Positions 10,421 to 18,939 of a stretch of DNA of 64,000 nt are shown here, in pieces; the first letter of the stretch is position 1; each line of letters opens with the position of its first letter. Location: contig JANXEA010000010.1 of the NCBI GenBank assembly GCA_025059045.1, positions 53,324-117,323 of the forward strand, read 5' to 3'. Under the pieces are notes generated by a model. It ran no database searches, had not been told where the DNA came from, and saw only the letters and a list, made by a program, of their open reading frames with translations. A program made the translations under genes and the position numbers. Source of the stretch: Candidatus Bathyarchaeota archaeon. Its GTDB lineage: Archaea > Thermoproteota > Bathyarchaeia > Bathyarchaeales > DTEX01.

Positions 10421-10444
10421 ATCATTCCAAGCGTTAATAGAATG
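10417..10444 (+). promoter_or_regulatory. Probable archaeal TATA box and transcription start of the tRNA gene
   Basis: TTAAAT at 10417-10422, with a TG initiator-like step at 10443-10444 at archaeal spacing. Confidence 0.45.
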
Positions 10445-10462
10445 AGGCTCGCTGGGAACAAC

Positions 10463-10591
10463 GGGCCCGTGAAACGCGGCATAAATTGCCCCGTTCGGGA
10501 CGCGTAGCCAGGACAGCGCGTCGGCCCTCTAAAGCCCTCACGGCTAAAGGAGAGCCGAAGATCCTGGGTTCAATTCCCAGCGGGCCCGCCA
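10463..10591 (+). tRNA. tRNA-Arg(TCT)-like gene with two introns (10472-10501 at position 9/10; about 10532-10552 at 37/38), CCA encoded
   Basis: Acceptor GGGCCCG/CGGGCCC+G+CCA; D arm GCGT-AGCCAGGACA-GCGC with A20; anticodon stem TCGGC/GCCGA; variable loop AGATC; T arm CTGGG-TTCAATT-CCCAG; clean BHB for intron 1, relaxed motif for intron 2. Confidence 0.85.
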
Positions 10592-10812
10592 CTTTAAGCT
10601 TAAATTCGTCTAGTCGAACTGTAAGTATTACTGTAGTTTTCCCGGAAGAGCCTGAAATCATTTGAACAATAAAAGATCTTTAAAGATGATCTTCTTTTCG
10701 GTCACCTCTCCCCAAAAGATAATCCGGAAAAATTTTGACAAAGTCTTAAATAATTACGACTCGGTAATTTCTGTGACAAAAATAGAAATCCAAAAAAGTC
10801 AAGGCAGTAGCT

Positions 10813-10920
10813 ATGGATAAGCCTGAAATATCCTGGACGCTATTGGGTGAGTCTAATTTAAGATTTCCTGGAATAGATTATGTGCCGTTAAAGTTCTCAA
10901 GGGTTGTCGTGCATGGTTAA
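10813..10920 (+). other. 35-codon mini-ORF or gene relic sharing the PGIDYVP motif with the downstream permease
   Basis: MDKPEISWTLLGESNLRFPGIDYVPLKFSRVVVHG*; 17-nt identity between 10867-10883 and 12016-12032. Confidence 0.4.
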
Positions 10921-11710
10921 GGTTAGAAGGGGAATCGCTTTAGCAGTGTTGATAGTGTCGGTTCTCCCATTAGCTCTTATATATGGAATGCTCGCGTTCC
11001 AGGCTGAGCCTCCATTTGTCTGGAAGAATCTCACCATCGTCGAGAAGAATATGTTTATGATTACGCTTGACTCAAGCCCGGGCATCTTCATACCGCAAAG
11101 AATATTGTCGTCATCTGCTGGTGTCGAAAGGAGCCTATACTTATACGTTGGTCTCGGATGCATAACTTTTGAGGATCAGACGGAAAACTACGTCTTCCTA
11201 TACTTAACTGCAACATTAAGAGATTTCCGAATTGGATTGAAATCCTTGGTGAACAGGTATCTTCTCGCCTATATTAGCAATAGTAGTTTAATTGACGGTG
11301 TGATGGGAAGATATGGTTTACCGCACACCTATGCTAGAGCCTACTTTTTTCAGACAGTTCAAGGGTCCGCAAATAAAACTTATCTGCGGTTTGAGTTGCC
11401 TAACGGAGACTCGCTGGCCGAGTTTTCAGCTATTATAACTGGAAGCATAGAATTTCGGAGCGGCACATTAGACGAATGCTTCTATCATCTGAACGGAAAC
11501 AATTTGACCGCGATAAGGTTAACGGGCAACTATACGGACATTAGGCTCCAGGCTTTTAATGTGAGCTCCGCACACGCAAATGTGACCTTCTCTGAAAAGA
11601 CCCTGATGTGGAATTACATTGGAACCTCTCTAGCTATTAGAAGGTCGCTCTCGGCAATTTATGCTGAAAGGAGATTTGAGGGAAAGATTGGTTGGATGGA
11701 CTGGAGGTAG
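10904..11710 (+). CDS. Membrane-anchored/secreted hypothetical glycoprotein
   Basis: N-terminal basic plus hydrophobic segment and many N-x-S/T sequons; probable ATG start at 10913. Confidence 0.7.
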   Translation: MSCMVKVRRGIALAVLIVSVLPLALIYGMLAFQAEPPFVWKNLTIVEKNMFMITLDSSPGIFIPQRILSSSAGVERSLYLYVGLGCITFEDQTENYVFLYLTATLRDFRIGLKSLVNRYLLAYISNSSLIDGVMGRYGLPHTYARAYFFQTVQGSANKTYLRFELPNGDSLAEFSAIITGSIEFRSGTLDECFYHLNGNNLTAIRLTGNYTDIRLQAFNVSSAHANVTFSEKTLMWNYIGTSLAIRRSLSAIYAERRFEGKIGWMDWR

Positions 11711-11724
11711 GGGGATGTACTATA

Positions 11725-14703
11725 ATGCTGGGCTTAAGATTCTTGGCTAAGACTGTCCTCGTATTGTTATCTCTCCTAATCTGCCTTAATTTCATACCAC
11801 TGTCCACGCAAGCTGATGGGTCAGACATGGTAAATGTTCGAGGAGTAGTTTTAGATGATGAGACGGGTTGTCCTCTGCCTGGGGCTCAGGTAATATTTTG
11901 GAGTATAGATAAAGGCGCATTAACGGTAACAACCGATCTGAATGGTTATTTTTTCCTTCAGGCAATGCCCAAGGGCTTTTACACAATCTATTGCTACTGT
12001 GACCGCAAGGACACGCCTGGAATAGATTATGTCCCTTTCCGGCAACATGTTCATCTCACAGAGGATATGGAATTATCATTTAATCTTCTACCAGGAGCCT
12101 CAGTGAGGGTAGAAGGCGAGTTCAGGCCATTTGAGTCGATGCAGATCATTAGGACGATCGTCTTTCATGTCGACGGCATCCCTGAAGATAAGCGTGCACT
12201 ATCAAGTTATGGGTCGGCTTATGCCGCAAATCAGATACTTAGGTTAGACGGCAGATCAGTCATAGTTCCCTCCAACATGCCAGTAAAGGTTAATGTCGAG
12301 ATATATCTTGTAGACGGGTCTGTGAGGAGGGTACTCATAGACTCCTCAGCGGAGAATATCTCGGTGTCTCAGGGCGGGCTCCTAAGGCTCGACCTCAGAA
12401 ACCTATATTTGAAGTCGGAAGTGCAGTCAGGCTCCCTCTATCGCTATTTGGAAATGGTGAGAGAGTACCTAGAAGAGAACAAGAAACTTGGGTTCTTTGT
12501 TTTTTATGAGGAGACACGGTTGACGCACGGGGAGAAACTTATTGAGGCGGCAACGGCCCATCTTGCCGAAGGCGATTATGATGCAGTCTACGCAGACCTA
12601 AGGGAATCTTACCTCATAATAATGGATGTAGCGAATTCTCTGTTGAGTATGCGATCTAACGCTTCAGCCACTGTATACTTCATCACGCCATTCCTAGCTT
12701 CAACAGCCCTTGCGTTTTCATTCGTCATCTTCGACGAGAGACACCGCCAACTGCTGGTTAGCATCTCCTTATACATCCTACTTCTCATCCTATTATACCA
12801 TTTGTATCCCGGCTACAGCATATTCCAAAGTAGCACAATAATGCCTTGGTATGGCGCTCATTCGGGAAGCGGATCCATCGTCATATTGACCGTTTCGTCT
12901 TTCCTCGCATCATACCTCATTATATTTATTCTACCAAGATTCTTCAGCAAAGCGAAATCGGACTGGGGGATCTCTATCATAGGAGCATTATCCGCAGCGT
13001 TCTCGATATCTGCCCGCAACCTGAGACGAAGAAAGCTAAGGGCGGCTCTAACATCCATCTTCCTGTTCACAGCAGTCTTCGCATTTGTTACACTCACATC
13101 CTTCTCATATGAGAGTGGCCTAGCGTCGATCTATATGTTCGGAAGGATTGCCCCGCCATATGACGGTGTCATTGTGCGGAAGCCGACTGAGGATGAACTA
13201 AGACCCTACGATTCAATCGAAACCGCTGTCACACTGTGGCTTAAAGGGCGGAGAGGAGTGACAGTTGTGGCCCCGAAAGTTGAGAGTGTGCCCCAAATGT
13301 ACAGGATCGGCTACCTAGAGAATGAAGAGTTAGGTTTGACATTTGAGGTCCAAGGGCTGGTGGGGATATTCCCGAGGTTAGAGGAAAATGTAAGCGAGGT
13401 TAAGAGTTGCCTTCTAAATGGCAGATTTCTTGGAGACGACGACTTAACTGGCATTCTGATAAGTGCTGAAGCATCAAAGGCGCTTAAGGTTGGGGTGAAT
13501 GAAACTGTGAAGGCGCTGGGCCAAAGATTCATCGTCGTCGGAGTCTTTGATGGAAGAGCTCTAGAAGGCGTCCGAGAGATGGATGGAACAAGCTTCGTCC
13601 CAATCTATCTTGTCAGCGCAGGAATGGATATCGTTCCAGCTGAATGCTCAGGCGGGAAGGTAATAATAGTACATGCAAACGCGGCATCGAAACTGACTCA
13701 GACAGTGACCTCGAGAGTCGCGGTTAGGTCGACACAGAGCCTTGAAGAACTGGCAAGGCTGACAGTGTTAAACTGGCCTAACATCGAATGTTTCATCTGC
13801 ATCGGCGGTAAAATAACCCGCATGTATATAGGCTCATACTATAAAACTAGCGGCTTCGCTCCCTTAGCCGTGCCGCTCATCATGGTCGTCTTAAACGTCG
13901 GATTAGTTGTGCTTGCTTCAGTATATGAACGAAGAAGAGAGGTTTCAATACTTTCGACGGTAGGATTAAACCCATTCCAGATAACCGCTGTCTTCCTAGC
14001 CGAAGCAGTCGTCATCGGCATAATAGCGGGGAGCATAGGATATATTCTAGGAGTTTCGAGCTACCGCTTCCTCGCCCTCTTGGGTTTCCCCCTAGACGTC
14101 AAGATAAAAACAGAGGCCATATGGTGCATACTGGCCTTCTGCTTCTCGATAGGCGCAGCTGTTCTCGGGGCAGCTGTACCGGCTAACAGGGCCTCAACAG
14201 TTGTTACACCCTCAACGCTGAAGAAGTGGCGAATAGAGAGGGAGCCTAAAAACCCGGATGATCCCTGGATTCTCAACATCCCCCTCCGCGTCCCGCCGAA
14301 AAGCATGAATGACCTCTTCGAATTCATCCAGGAGAGGCTTCGAAGATATGCTGACGGGCAGATAGACCGCATAGATGTTAGGGATGCCTTGTGGCGAGGG
14401 GTCAAAAAAGCTGACCCTAAAACCGCTGAAGAAAATACTAGCTATATAAAGTTTATGCACATTCAGAAAGAAAAGAACATGGTCACAACCAATACATTAC
14501 TATTCACGGAAACAGGTGAGCAGGGCTCTTATGGGCTACTCTTAATATCTAAAACACGGGAGGGAACAAGCAGACAGAAGGGAAGATACTTCGTTCATCA
14601 GACAGCCTCATTAATCCGCCGCTTAATACTAGAATACACGGCGGAGAGAGCACATTCGGAAAATCTTCAAAAGAAAGCACGCAAAGATATGCATAGCCAA
14701 TAA
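11725..14703 (+). CDS. Large FtsX/MacB-type ABC permease with N-terminal carboxypeptidase-regulatory-like domain
   Basis: Signal peptide, VRGVVLDDETGCPLPGAQV, RNLRRRKLRAALT, SVYERRREVSILSTVGLNP..FLAEA FtsX motif. Confidence 0.85.
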   Translation: MLGLRFLAKTVLVLLSLLICLNFIPLSTQADGSDMVNVRGVVLDDETGCPLPGAQVIFWSIDKGALTVTTDLNGYFFLQAMPKGFYTIYCYCDRKDTPGIDYVPFRQHVHLTEDMELSFNLLPGASVRVEGEFRPFESMQIIRTIVFHVDGIPEDKRALSSYGSAYAANQILRLDGRSVIVPSNMPVKVNVEIYLVDGSVRRVLIDSSAENISVSQGGLLRLDLRNLYLKSEVQSGSLYRYLEMVREYLEENKKLGFFVFYEETRLTHGEKLIEAATAHLAEGDYDAVYADLRESYLIIMDVANSLLSMRSNASATVYFITPFLASTALAFSFVIFDERHRQLLVSISLYILLLILLYHLYPGYSIFQSSTIMPWYGAHSGSGSIVILTVSSFLASYLIIFILPRFFSKAKSDWGISIIGALSAAFSISARNLRRRKLRAALTSIFLFTAVFAFVTLTSFSYESGLASIYMFGRIAPPYDGVIVRKPTEDELRPYDSIETAVTLWLKGRRGVTVVAPKVESVPQMYRIGYLENEELGLTFEVQGLVGIFPRLEENVSEVKSCLLNGRFLGDDDLTGILISAEASKALKVGVNETVKALGQRFIVVGVFDGRALEGVREMDGTSFVPIYLVSAGMDIVPAECSGGKVIIVHANAASKLTQTVTSRVAVRSTQSLEELARLTVLNWPNIECFICIGGKITRMYIGSYYKTSGFAPLAVPLIMVVLNVGLVVLASVYERRREVSILSTVGLNPFQITAVFLAEAVVIGIIAGSIGYILGVSSYRFLALLGFPLDVKIKTEAIWCILAFCFSIGAAVLGAAVPANRASTVVTPSTLKKWRIEREPKNPDDPWILNIPLRVPPKSMNDLFEFIQERLRRYADGQIDRIDVRDALWRGVKKADPKTAEENTSYIKFMHIQKEKNMVTTNTLLFTETGEQGSYGLLLISKTREGTSRQKGRYFVHQTASLIRRLILEYTAERAHSENLQKKARKDMHSQ

Positions 14704-14779
14704 TAACTGGAAAAGAATGGGATAGCATTTATATCGAAGTGTATCCTCAAAAAGGGACATCGCAAACGAGGTATATGGA

Positions 14780-14965
14780 ATGAGTAGCATGAAAAAATCC
14801 ACAATGCCCATTTGTACCTCATGCAATAGAGTTATAGGCCCAGGCGTCGGAGCAAATAAGTTTCTATGCCCCAACTGTGGAGAGATAACGATATGGCGAT
14901 GCACAAAATGTCGAAGCTTCAGACGCACCTACAGATGCCCTGGCTGCGGTTTCCAGGGACCGTGA
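14780..14965 (+). CDS. Small Zn-ribbon protein (DUF1610/HVO_2753-like)
   Basis: CTSC..F.CPNCG..IWRC.KCR..Y.CP.CGFQGP, four CxxC pairs. Confidence 0.9.
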   Translation: MSSMKKSTMPICTSCNRVIGPGVGANKFLCPNCGEITIWRCTKCRSFRRTYRCPGCGFQGP

Positions 14966-15034
14966 AGGCGGCGGCTTTCATCCTTCAGAATCATCCATAC
15001 TCATAAAGTAAACATGTTTTAAAATTGTGTATAA

Positions 15035-15217
15035 TTACTTTGAGAGCTTAGCGCAGATTGCTTGGAGACTATCCACAATCTTATCCAATGCTGAGGCCAA
15101 ATTTTCTATCCTTCCAATTAGGTTGTCCAGGTTCTTCTCATGCTCGCGAAGGGTAGATATAAGCAGATCTAAATAATAGATCTTTCCTTCATCTTCAGGC
15201 TCTAATCGACGTCTCAT
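15035..15217 (-). CDS. Small coiled-coil hypothetical protein
   Basis: LDLLISTLREHEKNLDNLIGRIE heptad pattern. Confidence 0.55.
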   Translation of the reverse strand: MRRRLEPEDEGKIYYLDLLISTLREHEKNLDNLIGRIENLASALDKIVDSLQAICAKLSK

Positions 15218-15666
15218 TTTGGATTCTTTTCCGAATCACATTAGAATCATGATGATAAATACTCCGCCGCAATGGAGCCCGGAAATAATCATGTAATTTC
15301 TAAAGCAGGTTATAAACTTATCGTTTTTCCGCTCATTTGTGACATCCAGACGTATTCTGGTGAAGATCGAGCAGGAAAACTGCAAATCATCGATTCTTTT
15401 GATTGATGTTTAATGGTTGAGCGAGGAAAATACGTTTCACCTATTCTCAAGTTTAACTTGAGAATAAGTTCACTTATTTGGAATCTACAATTCAGATTCA
15501 TTCACCTTATATAAGCGTAGCCGCAACCGATCTATCGCAAGAAACGAGTTCAGTTCGCATCAATTGTAACAAGCCCTAGAGTTTCCACATATATGTAGAA
15601 TTTCCGAAGTGTGAGTTGGGAGGTGCCTAAGCGCTGGGGAGAAATCCGCTGACCATCCAGGACCGT

Positions 15667-18600
15667 TTGAATATGGGTGCATTAAGCCGTAGAAGAAGGG
15701 GTACTGAGGTTGAGGCAGGCTTATCTCGCGTCCTATACTCCATTTTCAACAGCGTTCCTGATATTATTTACATCAAAAATGCGAAGAGAAGATATGTGAA
15801 ATGTAATGAATCGTTTAAGAAGCTTGTAGGTTTAAATGAGGAGGATATTATAGGTAAGACCGATGAGGAACTTTTGCCTCCAGAGCTGGCAGAGCAATGC
15901 CGCAGGAGCGATATAGAGACCCTGAAGACCGGGAAGACCGTTAAGGCGATTGAAAAGTTATCTGGACCGGACGGAGAAATCATCTTTGAGACAATAAAAG
16001 TTCCTTTCTACGGTCGAGACGGTAGAGTCTTAGGGTTGGTAGGGATAAGCCGAGACATAACGGAGAAGGAAGTTTTTAAAGAGAGGCTTGAATATACAAA
16101 TAGAATTCTCCGCGGCCTATATGAATGCGCTTCAAATTTGATCATGGTTGAAAGTCCCGAGGATATTGGAAAGTGTATATTTGATGCCGTTGGATCCTGC
16201 CTAGAATTCAACCTAGGATGCTTCGGAGTAGTCGACAGAGATCAACTCCAATTCGTATACGTTGTCGGGGCGCCAATAGAAGATGTTAGATCACGGTATG
16301 CCAGCGCGGATAATATTGCTGCGAGGGCTGTTAAGACAGGCCAGACTCAATATATATCATGCGTGAATGAGGCTTCCATACTTCCATTCCTGCCTTCCTC
16401 CCTATCTGCGGTCGCTGTTCCTGTTAAGCTTGAAGAGAAAGTAGTCGCTGTCATATACCTTGAAAGCAAGAGGGCAAATGGTTTCAAGCCATCCAGCATC
16501 CAGTTTCTAGAGGTTATAGCAAGAAACCTTAGCTACCGCATTGGGGATCTCGAAAGATTAGAGAGGGAGAGGCGTCTTCAAAGCATTTTGGAAAACGCGT
16601 CCGAAGTAATATACACCCTTTCCAATGAGGGGATAGTAACATCGCTTAACCCCTCCTTTGAGAAGATAACCGGCTGGTCCAGAGAGGAGTGGATCGGAAG
16701 ACCATTCTCCGAGATTATTCATCCTGAAGATCTGCCGCTTGCAATCGAGACTTTTGAACGAACTATCCGAGGAGAAGCCCTGTCTCCTTACTGTCTGAGA
16801 ATCCTGCTAAAATCAGGCGACTTTGCAGTCGGCGAGTTCACAAGCATGCCGCTGATAGATAAGGGGAAGATCGTCGGCGAGTTTGGCATCGTCAGAGACG
16901 TGACTGAAAGAAAAAGGTTGGAGGAAAGAATTGCTTATGAGAAGAGCCTTTTAGACGCCCTTATGGAGACCGGTCCAGACGCGATATATTTCAAGGACAG
17001 GAATTCACGTTTCATCATGATAAACAAGGCTGAAGCTGAACTTTTAGGGCTGAAGGACCCAAGTGAAGCCGTGGGAAAAACGGACTTTGACTACTTCTCG
17101 CATGAGCATGCGGCCATATCATTAAAAGATGAGCAAGAGATAATTAATGGGGTTAAGCCATATATCACTAGACTTGAGCGGGTCAAGAGGTCTGACGGGC
17201 AAATACGCTGGCTATTGTCCACTAAGGTTCCGCTTAGAGACAAGAATAATGAGATAATCGGCGTTATGGGGATAGCAAGGGATGTAACTGAACTGAAATT
17301 CTTGGAGGAGCAGCTCTCGCATGAGAGAAAGCTGATGCAAGCTCTGATGGACAACATGCCTGATTCAATATACTTCAAAGATGCAAATTCACGTTTCATT
17401 AAAGTGAACAAAGCCTTCGCGGCGAGGAGAGGCCTGCGTCCAGAAGATCTGATTGGAAAGACGGACTTCGACGTTCACAGCCCAGAATTCGCTAAGGAAG
17501 CCTATGAGGATGAGCAGAGGATCATAAAAACAGGTCAGCCCGTAATATCGAAGCTCGAGAAGATTGTTGACCGCAGTGGCACTATACGATGGGTTTCAGC
17601 GACCAAGGTGCCTTTGAAAGATGAAGCCGGCAGGATTGTTGGGGTTCTCGGCATATCAAGAGATGTGACAAGCCTCAAACATGCCGAAGAAATCCTAGCA
17701 TCGCTTCACAACTACGCTTACAGGTTAAGCACCGCCAATGAAATTGAGGAGGTTGCGAGAATTACACTGGAGGCCGTAGAGAAATTGCTTGGATGCAAGA
17801 TAGCTGGCTTCGCCTTGGTAGAGAATAACTGTGTGCGCTTCACCCATATGATAGGAGTAGATGCTCCTGAACCTGTCATGCTTCCACTTAATGGGGCTGG
17901 GATAACCGTGCGTGCAGTGCGTACGGGAGAAACACAGATAGTCCCCGACACATCTCTGGACAAAGATTTCGTAAAATCGGAGAAGTCTCAATTATCGCTC
18001 TCAGAGCTCGCGGTTCCGGTTAAGGTTGGAGACAAAGTTGAGGCTGTCATCAACTTAGAGAGCGTAGGAAAGAATGCCTTCAGTGAAAGAGATGTGAGGA
18101 TAGTTGAGATACTCGCTCTTCACGTCGGAGCAGCCATTGATAGGCTCAGATACTTGAAGAGGCTGGAGGAGGCTGTTCAGGAGAGGACAAAGGAGCTCCA
18201 AAAATATTTGGAGAGGCTCAAAAGCCTAGACAAGATCAAGGACCAGTTTATATCCACAGCAACCCATGAAATAAGAACACCTTTGGTCTCTATCAAGGGT
18301 TATACCGACCTACTCTTATCGGGAAAATTAGGCGAGATCCCTGAGAAGATTCGCTCGTTACTAACCATAGTTGCCAAGAATACGGATAGGCTTCTAGAAT
18401 TGACTAACGAGTTACTGGAGGCGCAAAGGATTCAGAGGGGACGGCTCCAGATAAACAAGAGGCTGATCGACTTTAGAGAAGTCATAGAGAGCAGCGTTGA
18501 AGAGTTTAAGCCATTGATGGAGAAAAAGGGTTTAACGCTAGAAGTGGCTAAACCAGATAAACCTATGCTTGTCCATGGTGACCCATTAAGATTGACGCAG

Positions 18601-18939
18601 GTTATTACTAACCTTTTAAGTAACGCCTACAAATTCACGTCTGAAGGTGGCAGAGTAGCGCTGCGATGCATAGACGAGGGCTCATTATTGAAGGTTCAGG
18701 TTTCAGATACTGGCATCGGAATTGCTCAAGAAGACTTGAATAAGCTCTTCCAACCTTTCCCGAACATTCAGAGACCAAACGTTACGGAACCGTCTATAGG
18801 GCTAGGTCTATCCATATGTAAGGGGATCGTCAGCCTACACGACGGCCAGATATGGGCTGAGTCTCCTGGTATAGGTAAGGGTGCGACATTCACTTTCACA
18901 TTGCCAAAGGCGTCGAAGGGTGAGGCAGACCATGGCTGA
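15667..18939 (+). CDS. Cytoplasmic sensor histidine kinase (PAS-GAF-PAS-PAS-PAS-GAF-HisKA-HATPase)
   Basis: Repeated PD.IY.KD/RD(I/V)T PAS-PAC motifs, LAVPVK..AVI.LES GAF motifs, THEIRTPL H-box, NLLSNAYKFT, DTGIGI, GLGLSIC. Confidence 0.95.
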   Translation: MNMGALSRRRRGTEVEAGLSRVLYSIFNSVPDIIYIKNAKRRYVKCNESFKKLVGLNEEDIIGKTDEELLPPELAEQCRRSDIETLKTGKTVKAIEKLSGPDGEIIFETIKVPFYGRDGRVLGLVGISRDITEKEVFKERLEYTNRILRGLYECASNLIMVESPEDIGKCIFDAVGSCLEFNLGCFGVVDRDQLQFVYVVGAPIEDVRSRYASADNIAARAVKTGQTQYISCVNEASILPFLPSSLSAVAVPVKLEEKVVAVIYLESKRANGFKPSSIQFLEVIARNLSYRIGDLERLERERRLQSILENASEVIYTLSNEGIVTSLNPSFEKITGWSREEWIGRPFSEIIHPEDLPLAIETFERTIRGEALSPYCLRILLKSGDFAVGEFTSMPLIDKGKIVGEFGIVRDVTERKRLEERIAYEKSLLDALMETGPDAIYFKDRNSRFIMINKAEAELLGLKDPSEAVGKTDFDYFSHEHAAISLKDEQEIINGVKPYITRLERVKRSDGQIRWLLSTKVPLRDKNNEIIGVMGIARDVTELKFLEEQLSHERKLMQALMDNMPDSIYFKDANSRFIKVNKAFAARRGLRPEDLIGKTDFDVHSPEFAKEAYEDEQRIIKTGQPVISKLEKIVDRSGTIRWVSATKVPLKDEAGRIVGVLGISRDVTSLKHAEEILASLHNYAYRLSTANEIEEVARITLEAVEKLLGCKIAGFALVENNCVRFTHMIGVDAPEPVMLPLNGAGITVRAVRTGETQIVPDTSLDKDFVKSEKSQLSLSELAVPVKVGDKVEAVINLESVGKNAFSERDVRIVEILALHVGAAIDRLRYLKRLEEAVQERTKELQKYLERLKSLDKIKDQFISTATHEIRTPLVSIKGYTDLLLSGKLGEIPEKIRSLLTIVAKNTDRLLELTNELLEAQRIQRGRLQINKRLIDFREVIESSVEEFKPLMEKKGLTLEVAKPDKPMLVHGDPLRLTQVITNLLSNAYKFTSEGGRVALRCIDEGSLLKVQVSDTGIGIAQEDLNKLFQPFPNIQRPNVTEPSIGLGLSICKGIVSLHDGQIWAESPGIGKGATFTFTLPKASKGEADHG

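Noticed and set aside
10527..10533. CTCTAAA resembling a tRNA-Pyl anticodon loop
   Set aside because: The tRNA body is a standard Arg-type (full D loop with GG, TTC T loop, 5-nt variable loop), the stem register places TCT at 34-36, no pyl genes are in the window, and TAG ends many intact genes
10434..10661. 75-aa minus-strand ORF
   Set aside because: Antisense to the tRNA gene
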